From Heterodontus francisci (taxonomy: Eukaryota), in assembly GCF_036365525.1 (NCBI RefSeq), contig NC_090383.1, positions 3,207,112 to 3,271,111 on the forward strand: a stretch of 64,000 nucleotides of DNA, in the 5' to 3' direction. A program made the translations under genes and the position numbers. The notes beneath the pieces are model-generated. The model saw only the letters and a list, made by a program, of their open reading frames with translations, did no database searches and was not told the DNA's origin. This document shows positions 46,860 to 60,477 of this stretch, piece by piece; the first letter of the stretch is position 1; the number at the start of each line of letters is the position of its first letter.

Positions 46860-49800
46860 ACTCCAGCTTCATCAGTTATTGACCTTGGGAGTGGGGAATT
46901 TAATCAGCTTGTTGGAAGTACTCAGACTCTCAGCGGTCTCTCCTTCTCCAAGAAGTGGTTGGGCAGGGCCAGTTGCTCATCTGAGATAAGCCTGGACATG
47001 CCTAAACAGGAATTTGTCTTGGACTATTGAATAAGGGTCCACATTGTCCTTGGGGGAAAAAACTTTGACGTTTCTGAAAGACTGGTTCACCAGGAGGGAA
47101 CTGGAGGCTGCAACCAGGGTGTTGTGCTCATTCGCATACACCTGCCTTCCCAGGTTCAGCTCCACTATCTGGAGAAAGGAGACGGGCACCTCACTGATAG
47201 GCAAGATGTCATGAACAGCCTTTTTTTATTCTTTTGGAGAAACCTAGAGTTGACGAGGCCTGGATGCTTTCTGTCCATGGATCTCAGTTCCCAGATTAAA
47301 CCTGTACATCACTCACTTGGAAAATATGTTCAATATATAGCGGCAAAGTTTTGAAGTTAGAATCGATAATCCTGCATGTCATGTTGAGATATATTTACCC
47401 AGAATAGTTCAAAAATTGTCAGCAAGAGAATTAGTCTGAATAAGACCAATGTGAGGGGCACGTTGTCCTGAACGTTGCACAGACCACAACAAAATTTGGC
47501 ACCGAGCCAAAAAGGAGATATTAGGATAGGTGACCAAAAACCTGGTCAAAGAGATAAATTTTAAGAAATGCCGTAAAGGTGTAAAGAGGTTGAGAGGTTT
47601 AGGAAGGGTATTGCAAAGCTTAGTCTGAGGCAGCTGAAGGCATGGCCACCAATGGTGGAGCAATGAAAATCAGGGATGCGTGGAGATCTCTGGGCTGCTT
47701 CTGTTCACATTGCTGTTTTTGTCACTGCTTCTGGCGGTCTATGCACTGGATGTTCGTCCTGGCTGACACTGCATTGTATCATTGCTCACCAACTCATGCA
47801 GTCAGCTGTGGGATTTTCTCAGCTGTCAACATTGTTATGAGACAACTTCAGGTTGTGCTTGAGCGATCTCTTTTCTGTTGCCAACCCGATTTCCTTTTGA
47901 CCTATTCCAGCTTGCTGTGACTTTACAGATTCTTCCATGCAGATGACAATCCCTGACCCTTGCAGACATGCTGTAACATCAGGGTCTCTCACAGTGGTTT
48001 TGCCCTGCTTTAGGATCTCTGGTTTGAGCGCTTGATAGACCTTCAGTGTTTCAGGAGGAACTTATCAAATTGCAGGATGTGACAGCAGTAACATGTCTGG
48101 GTCTCTGATCTGTATGGTTGAATGGTAATAGTCCTGAACAGTTTCTGCTTGGTTCTGGAGATGAATTCCATGCTAGTTCCAGGTATGCTATCTTAGTGTT
48201 CCAAGTGTAGAGCTAGTTGTGATCATTGCAATTCCTAGTTGTACATTATTTGATAATATGCTACAAATAAAGCGCATTTATTTCAATATCAATGGTAATG
48301 ATCAGTTTGCTGTGGTACTCTCCTGCAGTCACCACATACGTGATTAACACATTTGTCAATATGATATTGTACTGTACACGTGGAACAGGTCCTTGTTCAA
48401 TTCTTGTTATAGAGAATGTAGCATAAATTTTCATTAACACTAAAATATATTTTAGTCTATTCACAGGGCATAGCATAGGCTTGCTAATTATGGTTGGATG
48501 CATTCCTGAGGGTTTCATCACCTGACCACCTGCCTCCAACCACCCACCCCACTCTCTGGTCATTGGCCCATCCTCCAGGCTCCCTGCCTTCCCACAGCTG
48601 GTCAGAAAGTGAACAAACATATTCAATTGGATGAATCTTGACTGTTACTGAAACAGCTATTTCTCCCTCAACCACCATTTGCAATAATTCTACAACTAAT
48701 GAACTAAAATATTCAATGAAGCAAAAAACACTTCAAGATCCTAGGAGTTTTTTTCCTTTCTTGGAGTTGCAGGCTGCACCATCTTGGAGACGTATCTTCA
48801 ATGCCTGGAGACTGCAGTTTGATTCTGGAGGGTTGGCGACCCTAAGCTGGGCCAAGGACAGACGTATGATTCTTGGGGAAAATTACATCCTGAACGAACT
48901 TGATGTTAGCATACCTGTTAGTGGATGTTAAGTGGGCAAGGAAGTGTGGGGGAGAAAGGGTCCAATCCTGCCATGTTGTTCTGTGGCTGAGATATGTGGA
49001 AGTGGTCCTTCCATCTTCCTCCCCTCTTGCCCAACAAACAGATTGTATAGGAATCTAAAATAACTTCTCTTCTGGGTGTTATACAGTGAACAATGGTGGG
49101 TTTTGTTTTGTTTCTTTGAAGGATGCTAAACTCTACATGCCAGTTGGGGATAAAAGCTACAGCTTAACGAATTCTACCCAAGGTGTGGACTTTGTGCTGA
49201 TACAGTATGGTTAAGTTTAAATCAACTACAAAATCTTGACATGTTCAGTTTCATTAAATTGCTGAAGACTGTTGCCCTATCAAGATTAGCAATTTACTCA
49301 TTTTACTCATTGATATTTTGTGGAGTTGAATATGGGAGTCAAGATCAAAGGTTACTGAGTTGAAGGATAATTGGACCAGGATTGGCAGTCGTAATTCAGT
49401 CTGCATTCATACTTGTTGCAGAGTAAAGACACAGGTTTTGACTCTCATTTGATCTGCTTATGGACTCTCTGGTCTAAACGTGAGAAGTGTTGTGGGGAGC
49501 AAGAACTGCTAGAGTAAGAAGTTTTTTTTAATTAAAGATAGGGTGATGTGTGATGATTAATGAAAACTTCATTTAACTGCAAGAAAAAAAAAGCAAAATG
49601 CACACTGATGCATAAGAAGTGAGTGCTTTTGGGATAAGGTATATTCTCAGAGCAGAGAATTCTCTACTCCCCTAATCATTGCACACCTGACCTGGCAGTA
49701 CTCAAACAATAGTAGTGGATGCCCAAATAGTAGTGGTGACATCTCTCACTTTGGCAACAAAATACCGTTGTGTATGCTAGTCCTGCCTCTCTGCGTGTCT

Positions 49801-50523
49801 GCGTCTCCCCAGTGTGAACAGGGATGGCAAGATCCAAACTACTGACCCCTAAATACTGTGCATCACCCATTATAAATTGTCCTGACACAGTAATGCTTCT
49901 TGGCACTGAATCGTTGGTTTGAAAGCCTGTGGATGGGGGTGCTGAGGGCAGGTCATGTGTGGCAAATAGATTACTTGAGTGCATTCAGGCCCCCTGGTCT
50001 CTAATTTTAGAATTGAATGAATATGCATTGTTGGTAACTTCTGGAATTGAAATTTCTTAGCACATCCAGTTTCAATCCTCTGTACAACACCGTTTGTGTT
50101 GAGTTCAATTATAGCTACAGCATCTCCCAATAATCTTGGGCTTGATTCTAGTGGAACCCATCATGGCCCAGCATGGAAGGACATTAGCATTTGTGTTTTC
50201 CCACAGGATGAGTTCGCCAACCACAGATGAATGACCTGAGGTCAGGTGGGAAAGCTAAAGAAGTCTTGCTTCTTTCGTTTCTCAATTGCATCTTCAAGTA
50301 CGATCCCAAAGTACATGTGTAGATATCTGAAAACCAGACTATTCTGTCACTCAATCAGGTTAGGAATATTTGAAGTTGAGGGATGTAGATAAAGAGGAGC
50401 TAGGCATATGTATGTTGTACTTCATACTTGTCGGGCTGTTATCAATTGATTTAAAAATGTATGAAAATAAGATGGATGGAAAGGTGAGGCTAGCTAATGT
50501 ACAAATTCTTTTCCTTGTTTCAG

Positions 50524-50596
50524 GTGATGTTTGAAACTTACCAGTTTAGTGGAGTCTACATTGCCATTCAGGCTGTGCTGACACTGTATGCTCAAG
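50524..50596 (+). CDS. ACTR2: ACTR2 exon ([24 protein letters not shown][G])
   Basis: cag|...|gtatgt; 73 nt. Confidence 0.98.
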
Positions 50597-51839
50597 GTAT
50601 GTATGTCTGAGATTTAGTCGATTGAGGAGAAGTTAAACAAGATGTAATGTAATATATACTTTTAAGCTATTTTTGGGATAAAAGGTTCTTAAAGTTTGAA
50701 TAAAATTGATCAGACTAATCTCATCAGTTTTAAGTTTGCTAGTGGATCTCCAGTGGAATTTGAGTGAGTTGGAGAATGCTGTCTGTCACTAGTGCCTGAT
50801 GTGTTGCTGTTTCTTGCATTATGTCTCGTGATGCTATTCACCCATGACACTTTTCTATTGCATCAAATTTCAAATACACTAACCTACCCTCATAACATTC
50901 TAAAGCAATAAAATTAATGGAAGATGCCCTCCATAATGAATGAACAAAAAATTACTATTTGCCTAATCTCAGTTAAATATTGAAATCCTAAATTATGCTA
51001 TGTAGTCAGGTTAAAAATGGAAAGATAATTATGAAATACCACAAATTCTAAACAAATCTTCCAATGTAGTTTGGAAAAAAAATTAAAATCATCTGTAAAA
51101 TAAGTAAGCAGCATTTAAGTTTTGCCGATTTTTAAGGAACTACAAAATTTCAGATTATCTCAAATCTCAGCATTTCAGCTTCTAAAATACAAAAAAGATA
51201 ATTACTTCATAGAAAAAATTGAGCAAATGTCCCTTAGATTTTTAAAAAATTCAACATCCATATTTATTTTAACTCCAAATTCCTGGTAGAGGTGGCAAAT
51301 GGTATCAAAAAATAATTTTCTGGAGGATATGAGAATATGAAAGGAATAGAAAGATAAGTTGAAAGACAGATGAGGTAAGTAGAGTGGGAGGAGACTTGGG
51401 TGGAGTTTAAACACCACAGATTAGTTGGGCCGAATGGCATGTTGGAGCTTTATATTCGATCTGAGGTACCATAGAAAATAGATCTTGTATTCATCATAAC
51501 TTGTATCCCCTGTGAGCTTTTGTACACATCTGATTAATGTCCTTTAATAGGAGTGAAGGAATGTTCATATCTGCAGTTCAGAAAGGACCGTGTCTCTCTC
51601 TCTCTCTCTCTCTCTCCACTTTTCATGTAATTATCTGTTTTTACACACCCATAGGCTTCTATTCGGAGTGTTTTTTGCCATTAGCTTTTTTGAACCTGTT
51701 AGTTAGCTTTTGCTAGTTTTCTAGATTATCATATATGCTGACAGTGTGGGGAAGTAACCCTTTCTATTCTTATGTCGCATTAACAACTTGGATTCAGAAG
51801 TGGAATGCAAACTGGTCATACTTGTGGATAATACCAAAC

Positions 51840-52540
51840 AGAGATGTAAAGGCCTTAGAAAGGGTACAGAGGAGGTTTACTAGGATATTATCAGGGATGA
51901 GGGATTTCAGTTATGAGGAAAGGTTGGAAAAGCTTGAATTGTTCCCCTTGGAACAGAGAAGGTTGAAGAGGTGACCTAAGAGAGTTACAAAACAATGAGA
52001 GGTTTTCATAGAGTAGATCGAGAAAAACTATTCCCTCTGGCGAGTGGGTCAATAATTACGTAAAAGATCCCAAGGTACTATTTCAGAGAAGAGTAGGGGA
52101 GTTGTCCCCAGTGTTCTGACCAATATTCATCCCTGAGACATCACAGGAACAGGTTATGTGGTCATTATCTCATTGCCGTGTGCAAATTAGCTGTTGCATT
52201 TCCTACATTACAACAATAACTCGACTTCAAAAGTACTTCATTGGCTATAAAACACTTTGAGATGTCCGGTTGTCATGAAAGGCGCCTTATAAATGAGTCT
52301 TTTTTTCTTTTTAGAGACCATAGATTTAAAATCATTAGCAAAAGATCGAGAGGGGAGATGAGAATTTTCACTGAGTTATCGAGATCGGGGCATTCTGCTT
52401 GAATAGATGGTTGGATAAATAATTTTAAAAGGCAATTGAGCAGGTACTTGAGAACGAGGAATTACTGGGTTCTGGACAAAAAGCAGGGATGTAGGACTAA
52501 GCACGACTAGCAGTTCAACGAGCCAGTACAGGCAGAGTGT
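51840..52540 (+). mobile_element. CR1 3' fragment interrupted by a Deu-SINE 3' half (about 52058-52312)
   Basis: RDVKALERVQRRFTR; CR1 resumes at agaccatagatttaaa after the SINE tail. Confidence 0.75.
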
Positions 52541-52615
52541 ATTTTTTATTGTATGAAGGAGGAGTTGTTGAATCTGAGATGGTTGCTCAGGCACTACCAA
52601 ACAAATCAGATTATA

Positions 52616-53530
52616 TATTATGACCGAGGCAGGAGGAGTGCACTGTCTCTTCTAGTTCTACTTCTCCACAGGTCACATCACATTTTTAAAAATATTTACC
52701 CAGTTATCGATGCAGTCAATCATATAATTCACTCTTTATCCTAGAATAAAATACACCAACCAGGTTTCTTTAATAAAAAATAAAATTATCATTTTATTGT
52801 AAAACAAGACTTAAGCATTAACACAGATTGAAAAATGAAAGTTCCTCTTTTTAAATTCCACACACAGACACTCTCACACACTGAAAAAGATAGATATTCT
52901 CTCTGCAGAGGTCTGTTACAAAAAAAAGACAAAAGAGAATACTTTGGCCAATACTTGCAAATTCTTGAAGAAAAAAATATGGAAAGATGTCAGTTGTTCT
53001 TTTCTGGTCTGGTGTCCCAAATATGCGTAGATGACTGTCACTGGGATCTTTCTCGAGCAATTCTTTCCAGGCAACGTTGAGGATCAGTTTGGCAGGCTTT
53101 TCAGGAGAATTGTGACAACGGGTTTCTGGCAGGTTTTTTGGGAGAAATGCAGCATCAGTTTCTCTTTATTTTTATTTATTTATAGATACGGCACTGAAAC
53201 ATGCCTTTCAGCCCACCGAGTCTGTGCCGACCATCAACCACCCATTTATTACACTTGATTCTCTGGAGGTTCTCAGAGATGGAAGAGGGTGAGCTGATGG
53301 TGGCTGCACTCTTGGTTGGTTTTCTCCAACTGTCTTCAAAACAGTTCATACCCCAACACACTGTCCAAAGCAAAACCAAAAACAATATCTCGAGTCAAGC
53401 CTCCTGACCCCTATATATCTTGAATTTCACTTCTCTGTAAACATTTTCCCCAGGTCACCAAGGTTTCTGTTTATTGCTTAAAGCATATGACTTCCAACAA
53501 GGTTGTTTTTAAACACCATCTGTGTCCTTG
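52616..53530. mobile_element. Probable solo LTR of a related Gypsy family, with a CR1/HE1 tail inserted at about 53168-53250
   Basis: Starts TATTATGACC (cf. TGTTATGACC at 9838) and has similar LTR-like composition; right end not resolved. Confidence 0.5.
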
Positions 53531-53539
53531 GATTCACGG

Positions 53540-53668
53540 TTCTGATAGGTCACAGACCTGAAACGTTAACTCTGCCTCTCTCTCCACAGATGTTGCCTGA
53601 CCTGCTGAGTATTTCCAGCACTTGGTTTTTTTTTTCAGATTTCCAGCATCTGCAGTATTTTGCTTTTA
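53540..53668 (+). mobile_element. Half copy of the palindromic Penelope-related element with degenerate hammerhead
   Basis: gtt CTGAT-- aggtc aca gacct GAAA cgtt aac, followed by the shared arm. Confidence 0.7.
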
Positions 53669-54956
53669 TCTTGTACTAGTGAAGCTGAATTGTACATATT
53701 TATATTGTAAGTGCTCTTGGGAAGTGGCTGAATATTGACTGTTTGTTTTTCTTGGTGAAATAGCTGCATTTATTTTCAAGTTACTCTCTATATACAGGGG
53801 AGAAATACTAACCTGTGTCTGACTGCTTCCTACATCTGTCCCGACAACAGCGATTTGCAATTCTCTTAACAGCTTTACTATAGTTGGTGTCCCAAGCAGC
53901 TTTGTGGGGGAGATGTTTTTATATAAAAAAAAATCTGCTGAGCCATGGTGAGAAAGTTAGAGGTGACAAAAACCTTGGTCAGAAACATTGGATTGGAGAG
54001 TAGGGACCATGGCAACTGAATGCTCCTCCACCATTGGTGGAGTGAAGAGAGGGAAGTGCAAATAGGTGAGGGTCAGTGGATCAAAGACTGTGGGAGGGGG
54101 CATAGAACTGGAGGAGGGTGAGTGAAGACCAGGCGAGACTTGATGCAAAGGATTTTAAATTCAGGTTGCTTTGGGGACTTGGGGCCAGAGTGGGTCTGCA
54201 ACAGGGAGGCTTGAGTTTTGATCAAGTGTGAATTTATCAACTCGTAAATGGAGGATGCAAGGTGAAAGAAGTGTGAAAGAGGGTTTTGGCACTAGTGTGC
54301 ATGAAATAGAGACTAAGGTGGGAAAATATCAGGTGGGAGTGAGCAGCCTTGGGGTTGCGGGATGCAAAGACTTCACATTAGCTGATGTAGACAGAGTGCT
54401 TGGGAGTGCAATGGTGTTTGAGGGAGTGAAGCTTATACCAGCGAATAAAACCATGGTTTCAGGTTTCAGATGGTCGGGTTCCAGACATTTTGATTTGTCC
54501 GTGATGTAATCAGACTGATGGCACTGAGGTGTATGTAGAGATCATAATGGGACTTGGTGATGGGAGCTAAACTACTGCCAAGTTTGCTTGGGGCATGGGG
54601 GAATTGAGTGTGTAATAAGACAGCTAGGTGTTGGTTGTGGGAGGGAGACTTTCTGCACTCAAGATCGTGTAAAACAGATGGAGCTGCTACCTGTGTGGCG
54701 GACCTAATATGCAATTGTGGCGAGAGAGAGCGAGCGAGTGAGGGGTCTCCAGCTGTAGTGCTCTGCCCATTCTCCCCCATTTCCTTTGTGGCAAGAGCCT
54801 AGTTTGTTTGTGGCAACATACTGTATTACAGCATCACCCAACTGGGATTGTCGGATGACCTTGCTTTGCACTGTTGTGCTTCCAGTAACAATAGTTTGCA
54901 TTCATTCACAAGTGTAATGTTTTGAGTCCTAATGAACTCTTTATTCTTCTCTTCAG

Positions 54957-55093
54957 GTTTACTGACTGGTGTGGTTGTGGATTCGGGTGATGGCGTGACA
55001 CACATCTGCCCTGTCTACGAAGGGTTTTCATTGCCACACCTAACGCGGAGGCTTGACATTGCCGGCAGGGACATCACCCGATACCTCATTAAG
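54957..55093 (+). CDS. ACTR2: ACTR2 exon ([G][22 protein letters not shown]...DITRYLIK)
   Basis: cag|...|gtgccg; 137 nt; DSGDG phosphate-2 loop. Confidence 0.98.
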
Positions 55094-55899
55094 GTGCCGA
55101 GAAGAGTTTGATTGCATTGCTTGCTGTCGGTGTTAAATAACCAAGCAGTATTTTATTGCTGTTCTGCACTGTCTGCTTCCAAACTTCTCAATATCATGCA
55201 GAAAAGACTGGCTGTCAGTCAGTCTTGGGAATGTCTGATAAAATAATTCATCCCCTGTTACAGAAAAATGCAAAACTGGTATTACTGCAGTACAGAACAT
55301 AGTTTTCAATTGTGGGTGCTCTTTGGTTTGTTTGAAATGAGCTTATTAGTCCAGGTATATTGGTGGTGCCACTCTCTGGTCCTGCTTGAATGTTTATGCC
55401 AGTGTTTAATGTTAATGCATCACTTGGAATAGACCATCAGATTTGATGAAACCACATAACTTTAAGGCGCTTGTACACTGCTCCCATGCCATTGGACTCT
55501 CCAATCTGGGACTTTGGGCTACCAGCCAGATACAGAATGGCCACCATTCACTAAGGCTGGAGCTGGAAGACCAGTTTTTTTTTTTAACTCAGTCTTTCAG
55601 ATTTTCAGTCTTGGTAATTCCTGGCAGAAGCCAATATAATTTGCTTTAGGGAGGAACATTTGTGGAACCCAGCGACAAAGGGCAAGCCTCTTGCAATGTA
55701 AATATGCTAAAACCGTTTCATCAGCCCGTTTGCAAACCCATTCGGTGCTGTGAAACCATTTGTCACTAAGTAGAATTGAATGCTATTTGAAGTGTTAGTT
55801 TACCTGCCTTACACTTGAGATTTTAAATCATGTTGGAGACAAAACTCAGATTTGCCTGTGTTGAGTTGTATTTATATTGATCTTTAGATTAATTGAGTT

Positions 55900-56215
55900 T
55901 GCAGCACAAAAACAAGCCATTTGGTCCAACCAGTCCCTGCTGCTATTTATGCTCTACTCAAGCCGCCTTTATCAGCATAGCATTCTCCTTCCTTTCTCCC
56001 TCCCGTTTATCCAGCTTCCCTTTAAATGCTCCTATACCATTCACCTCAACTCCCCCCTGTGGGAATGAATTCCACATTGTCACTACTCTCTAGGTAAAGA
56101 GGTTTCTCCTGAATTCCCTATTGGAGTTCTAGGTGACAGTTTTATATAGATGACCTCTGTCTTTGCTGTTCCCTACTAATAGTTGTAATGTTTTCACTCT
56201 ATCTAAACCTTTCAT
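55900..56215 (-). mobile_element. CR1 3' end fragment
   Basis: Reverse CR1 tail and gaattccacattgtcactactctc...aagaggtttctcctgaattccc. Confidence 0.7.
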
Positions 56216-57128
56216 GATGCAGAAACTGGGTTGACAGGTCTGCTGTTGGTCGACAGAAACCAGATTTAACAGCATAAATGCCAGGATCGCCAGGCTGTCT
56301 TTCAATTTAAAGGAAAATCAGTGGAAAAGACCCTTAATGGTGCGGTGGCCTGAGCTTGCAGCAAGTTGCTCTGTCTGTTTGCTTTACCATTTTCTTCATC
56401 AATGTGCACTGAACTCAATCCACAGGCTGTGTTTAAATTGAAATCCAAATCAAAGCACCAGTGAGTGGAACATGACTTAATTGTGCAGGCAGCCAGTACT
56501 GTAACCAGAAGATGCTGCATTTGACACATAGTCCTCTTGCTAAGTCTCAAGGCAGCACTGGAAAACTGCATTAACTGGTATACAGGGAAGTGCAAACCTA
56601 CTTTGTGATTTTTGTCAATGTGTTGGACAGCTGTTGATCAAGACAAAGTATAACAATAACCTGTGTTTTATATAGTGTTTTTTAATGTCCTCTGACAGTG
56701 ATCAATGGCGAGCGAAATACAGAGACATCAGAAGGGAGAACTGAAAAGCTTGGTCAGAGGTGGGCTTTAGGGAGGAGAGGGGTTTGGGGGCTGTGGGAAG
56801 TTCCTAGATGCCTGAAGTTGGAAGAAATTTGGATCAGTCGATGACAAAAGAGAGACATGGTTGAGGTCATGTGATGGTGAGAATAATGGCTGGTCTCAAC
56901 TTTCATGTGGAAGTGGACTCTGTGTCACCAGATGTCACTGTGGGCCAGCATGTAGATGAGAAGCAGGCCAAAGACAGATCCTTGGGGGACTCTGCAGGAG
57001 AACCATGGCTGGAGGTGAACTGACAACACAAAAAGACAGGCCCATGGAGCTGCACAGTGGAGGAGCGGGTCTACCTTACCAAATGTTGCAGATTGGTCGA
57101 GGAGAAGGGATAATGTGTCACTTAAAAA

Positions 57129-57484
57129 GTTTAGTTTAGTTTAGAGATACAGCACTGAAACAGGCCCTTCGGCCCACCGAGTCTGTGCCGACCATCAACC
57201 ACCCATTTATACTAATCCTACACTAATCCCATATTCCTATCACATCCCCACCTGTCCCTATATATTTCCCTACCACCTACCTATACTAGGGGCAATTTAT
57301 AATGGCCAATTTACCTATCAACCTGCAAGTCTTTGGCATGTGGGAGGAAACCGGAGCACCCGGAGGAAACCCACGCAGACACAGGGAGAACTTGCAAACT
57401 CCACACAGGCAGTACCCAGAATCGAACCCGGGTCGCTGGAGCTGTGAGGCTGCAGTGCTAACCACTGCGCCACTGTGCCGCCCC
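57129..57484 (-). mobile_element. Full-length HE1-like V-SINE
   Basis: Minus strand GGGGCGGCACAGTGGCGCAGTGG (A box), GGTTCGATTC (B box), V-domain gggtttcctccgggtgctccggtttcctcccaca, CR1-type tail ending (CTAAA)n. Confidence 0.92.
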
Positions 57485-58002
57485 TTGTGTTTGTGCCTGT
57501 TTACAGCTGCCACTATATTAAATATGTAGAATTGTGTTACCAGAACAATAGTGAGGTGGGTAAATAAAACATTTGTTCCAGCAGTTTGTCTGTCAGTGTG
57601 TTAAGGGCTTGTGTTCCATGTGATTGCTGTCAGTTGGATGCACTCTAAAAATGCTGACATTGTGCTCCAGCAACATTTTATTTGGGTAATCGATTGGTAG
57701 ATTTCCTAAATTATTGGATTTGTGTGGTTGTCCGTTTCCACATATGATATTGTAGTGATGAAATATGGGAACAGTGATAGTTTTGTCTCTCTCCCTCCCA
57801 CTTCAATCTTTCTCTCTTTATGTGGATTCCACTGATTGTCTGGACTGCATGGAGAACTCTGCCTGTTCCATTCAAATTACTGAGTTTCCTGGGCCATGTC
57901 CACATATCTTTGAAAAGAATTTTCAGACTGCAGAGAATGCTTCAGTTGTTAGTCTGGTAATGTACATCCAGCTGTGTGAAGCCAGCATTGTTTGTAGAGA
58001 AG

Positions 58003-58085
58003 AAATCAAAAACAAAATGCTGGAAACACTCGGCAGGTCTGGCAGCATCTGTGGAGAGAGAAACAGTTAACATTTCTTTCATGAG
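58003..58085. mobile_element. Half copy of the palindromic Penelope-related element
   Basis: aaatgctggaaacactcggcaggtctggcagcatctgtggagagagaaac. Confidence 0.7.
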
Positions 58086-59559
58086 GAGGAAGAAACTCTG
58101 TGGAGCTCTCATTTTCTGTGCACTTTCTGCACTCCTGAAGACAGTGACTGAAGACTAATGTTCTATCTCACCATTTTGCTATTTCTCAATTGTTGCTGTT
58201 ATTTCACCATGTGTACTCACTGATCTTCACCTGACAACGCACCTAGATCTCCAGTCGGATTGCTGAATTATGAGAATGGTGAATGGGAATGCTGACTTGT
58301 TTTCTCTCCTTGACCCGTTCACACCCCTACCCTTGCAAATTCTTTCTCTAAACCCCAAGCCACAAAAGAAATCTGGGTGGTTTCGAAAGTCAGTTTGTCA
58401 GGGGCCCATTTTCCAGTTGGGTGTTTCCAGGAGCACTTGGGAGTGCAGGATGTTGGCCCTTTTTGGGCCTTGTAGCTGCCTTGCTACCCTTTGAGCCCAG
58501 TCATACTGGTTTTCTTTCTTTCCCACCTTTCCCTTTTCTACATTATCTGTGTTTTTAGTTTCTAAATCCATGTAGAAGTTCTCTGCTTTTTCAGCTTCTC
58601 CAAATGCATCTGTGTTGTAGTTTCCAGTTCCACCACCAGGTGGTGCTGCAGTGCCACCTGGTGACGGTAAGTGGAACTACAGAAATGCTGCTGCAATTCA
58701 GTTCCCAGAAAATCTGGGTCTTTGCGTCATTATAGTGCAGAACTGTGGCGTGGAGGCTTGTGAACACGCAGAAGAAAGAGGAAATTATGGGGTCACCAAC
58801 GTAAACCATTAATGACGCCACTCCATATTTTGTCCTGCTGCACAAGTTAGACTTGAAAGTAATGACTGGAGAGCTGGCAGCGGGGTGATTGACTTCAAAT
58901 AATTCTATGAATTGAAATGGTGTCAGGGCCTGGTTGTGTTGGCTGATATAACTTGCTATAATGTTTGATTAGGATTTATCTCCTTTTGTCAATAAACCAA
59001 TTCTATTTTTGTTAAACAATATTTTCTTATGCATTTATTGCCAATCTGCCACAAGTTAAAGTTTAAAAGTTCTCGAGAGTAAATAAATGCTTTTAAAAAA
59101 AAAAGACAATTCAATAAATGTGTTGTGTGTACAAATGTATAATCAATGGCAGGTCAGTTTTACCTGAAAGTATGGGGAATTGTCTATAGAATAACTCTAA
59201 GTATAGTAACAAGTGACTACGCTGGTTCAAATTCGGCACTATCCTCGCTGCGCCGTTTTCTAATTACAAATGCAGGAAAATATGGAGTAGGTTTAATCAG
59301 TAGTGGGATCACCCCATCAGAAAGTGCAATTTAGATGTGGGACACCGATCCCACCATTGCAGGAAAACCATGCTCTGACATAGTACTGTGCAATGGAGGG
59401 AGGCCTTCTGGAAGACAGGGAAGGTGTGCTTTAAGTCCTAGGAAAAAGGATTTCACAAACATTGCTTACTTTCAGTCTTAATGTTAAAATGCACCCCCAA
59501 AGTTAAAGTAATTAAATCTGATTCCATTAAGACACTTTTGTTAAATTGCCTGAACTAGT

Positions 59560-59915
59560 TTTGATTAGTTACTTGAATAGTCAGACTCTGAATATGAGAT
59601 TGTGGGTTCAAGCCCCAAGCCATGATTTGAGCACCTAATCTAGGCTGAGACCTCAGTGCATTGCTGAGCGACTCTGCATTTTCATGTTTTTCTGGTTAAG
59701 CCAACTGTTCAGGTAAAACATCTCTCGGTGATTTTTTGAAAGTGAAGCAGGGACAGTTCTTCCAGTATCCTGGCCAACTTCACCCCTCAGTCAACACCAG
59801 CAAAAGCATTATCTGCTCATTCATCGCACTTGCTGCTGCAGGACCTTGCTAAGTGCAAATTGATTGCTGTGTTTGTCAACAAAACAATTTTTCCAAGGAA
59901 ATTGCCTGTGAAATC
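59560..59915 (+). mobile_element. Degenerate Deu-SINE
   Basis: gattgtgggttcaagcccc...atctaggctgagacctcagtgcattgctgag. Confidence 0.65.
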
Positions 59916-60327
59916 CATCACAAATTGCTGAACTGAAGGGGGTAGGGAGATGCTTACAGTTGGTAAGGTTTCAGTTGATTACTGCCTATTTAGGTCATTG
60001 TTAAATCCAACAACTTGCACTGTAAGTCATTCGAGGTGTTGTGGAATTTAGAAACTTAAATGGAACCAAGTTTTGAAACTCTTTTACTCATCTTGTCTTT
60101 GTAATGGATTGAATGTTTTTAAGCACTCTCAACTATAATTTAAAAGTATGGATAATTATATTTATATAATCGCTCAGAATTTCTTCACTGCAAGTGTTTC
60201 ACGTTGAATATCAGTGCTGGTGCTTGGTGAGTCTTAGACTGACTAGGCTCACTGTGGCAAGGCTTGGAAAGGCTGGCTGTTTCAGTGATAATGTGTTGCT
60301 CAGTGTTTAACATTTTAAATTTTGCAG

Positions 60328-60477
60328 TTACTCCTGCTGCGAGGTTACGCCTTCAACCACTCAGCTGATTTTGAAACTGTTCGCATGATGAAGGAAAAGC
60401 TGTGTTATGTGGGATACAACATTGAACAGGAGCAGAAACTGGCATTGGAAACCACTGTTTTAGTGGAGTCCTACACG
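60328..60477 (+). CDS. ACTR2: ACTR2 exon ([27 protein letters not shown]...[10 protein letters not shown])
   Basis: cag|...|gtttgt; 150 nt. Confidence 0.98.

Noticed and set aside
57400-57484. tRNA gene
   Set aside because: The A/B boxes belong to the head of an HE1-like SINE that continues into the V-domain and LINE tail.
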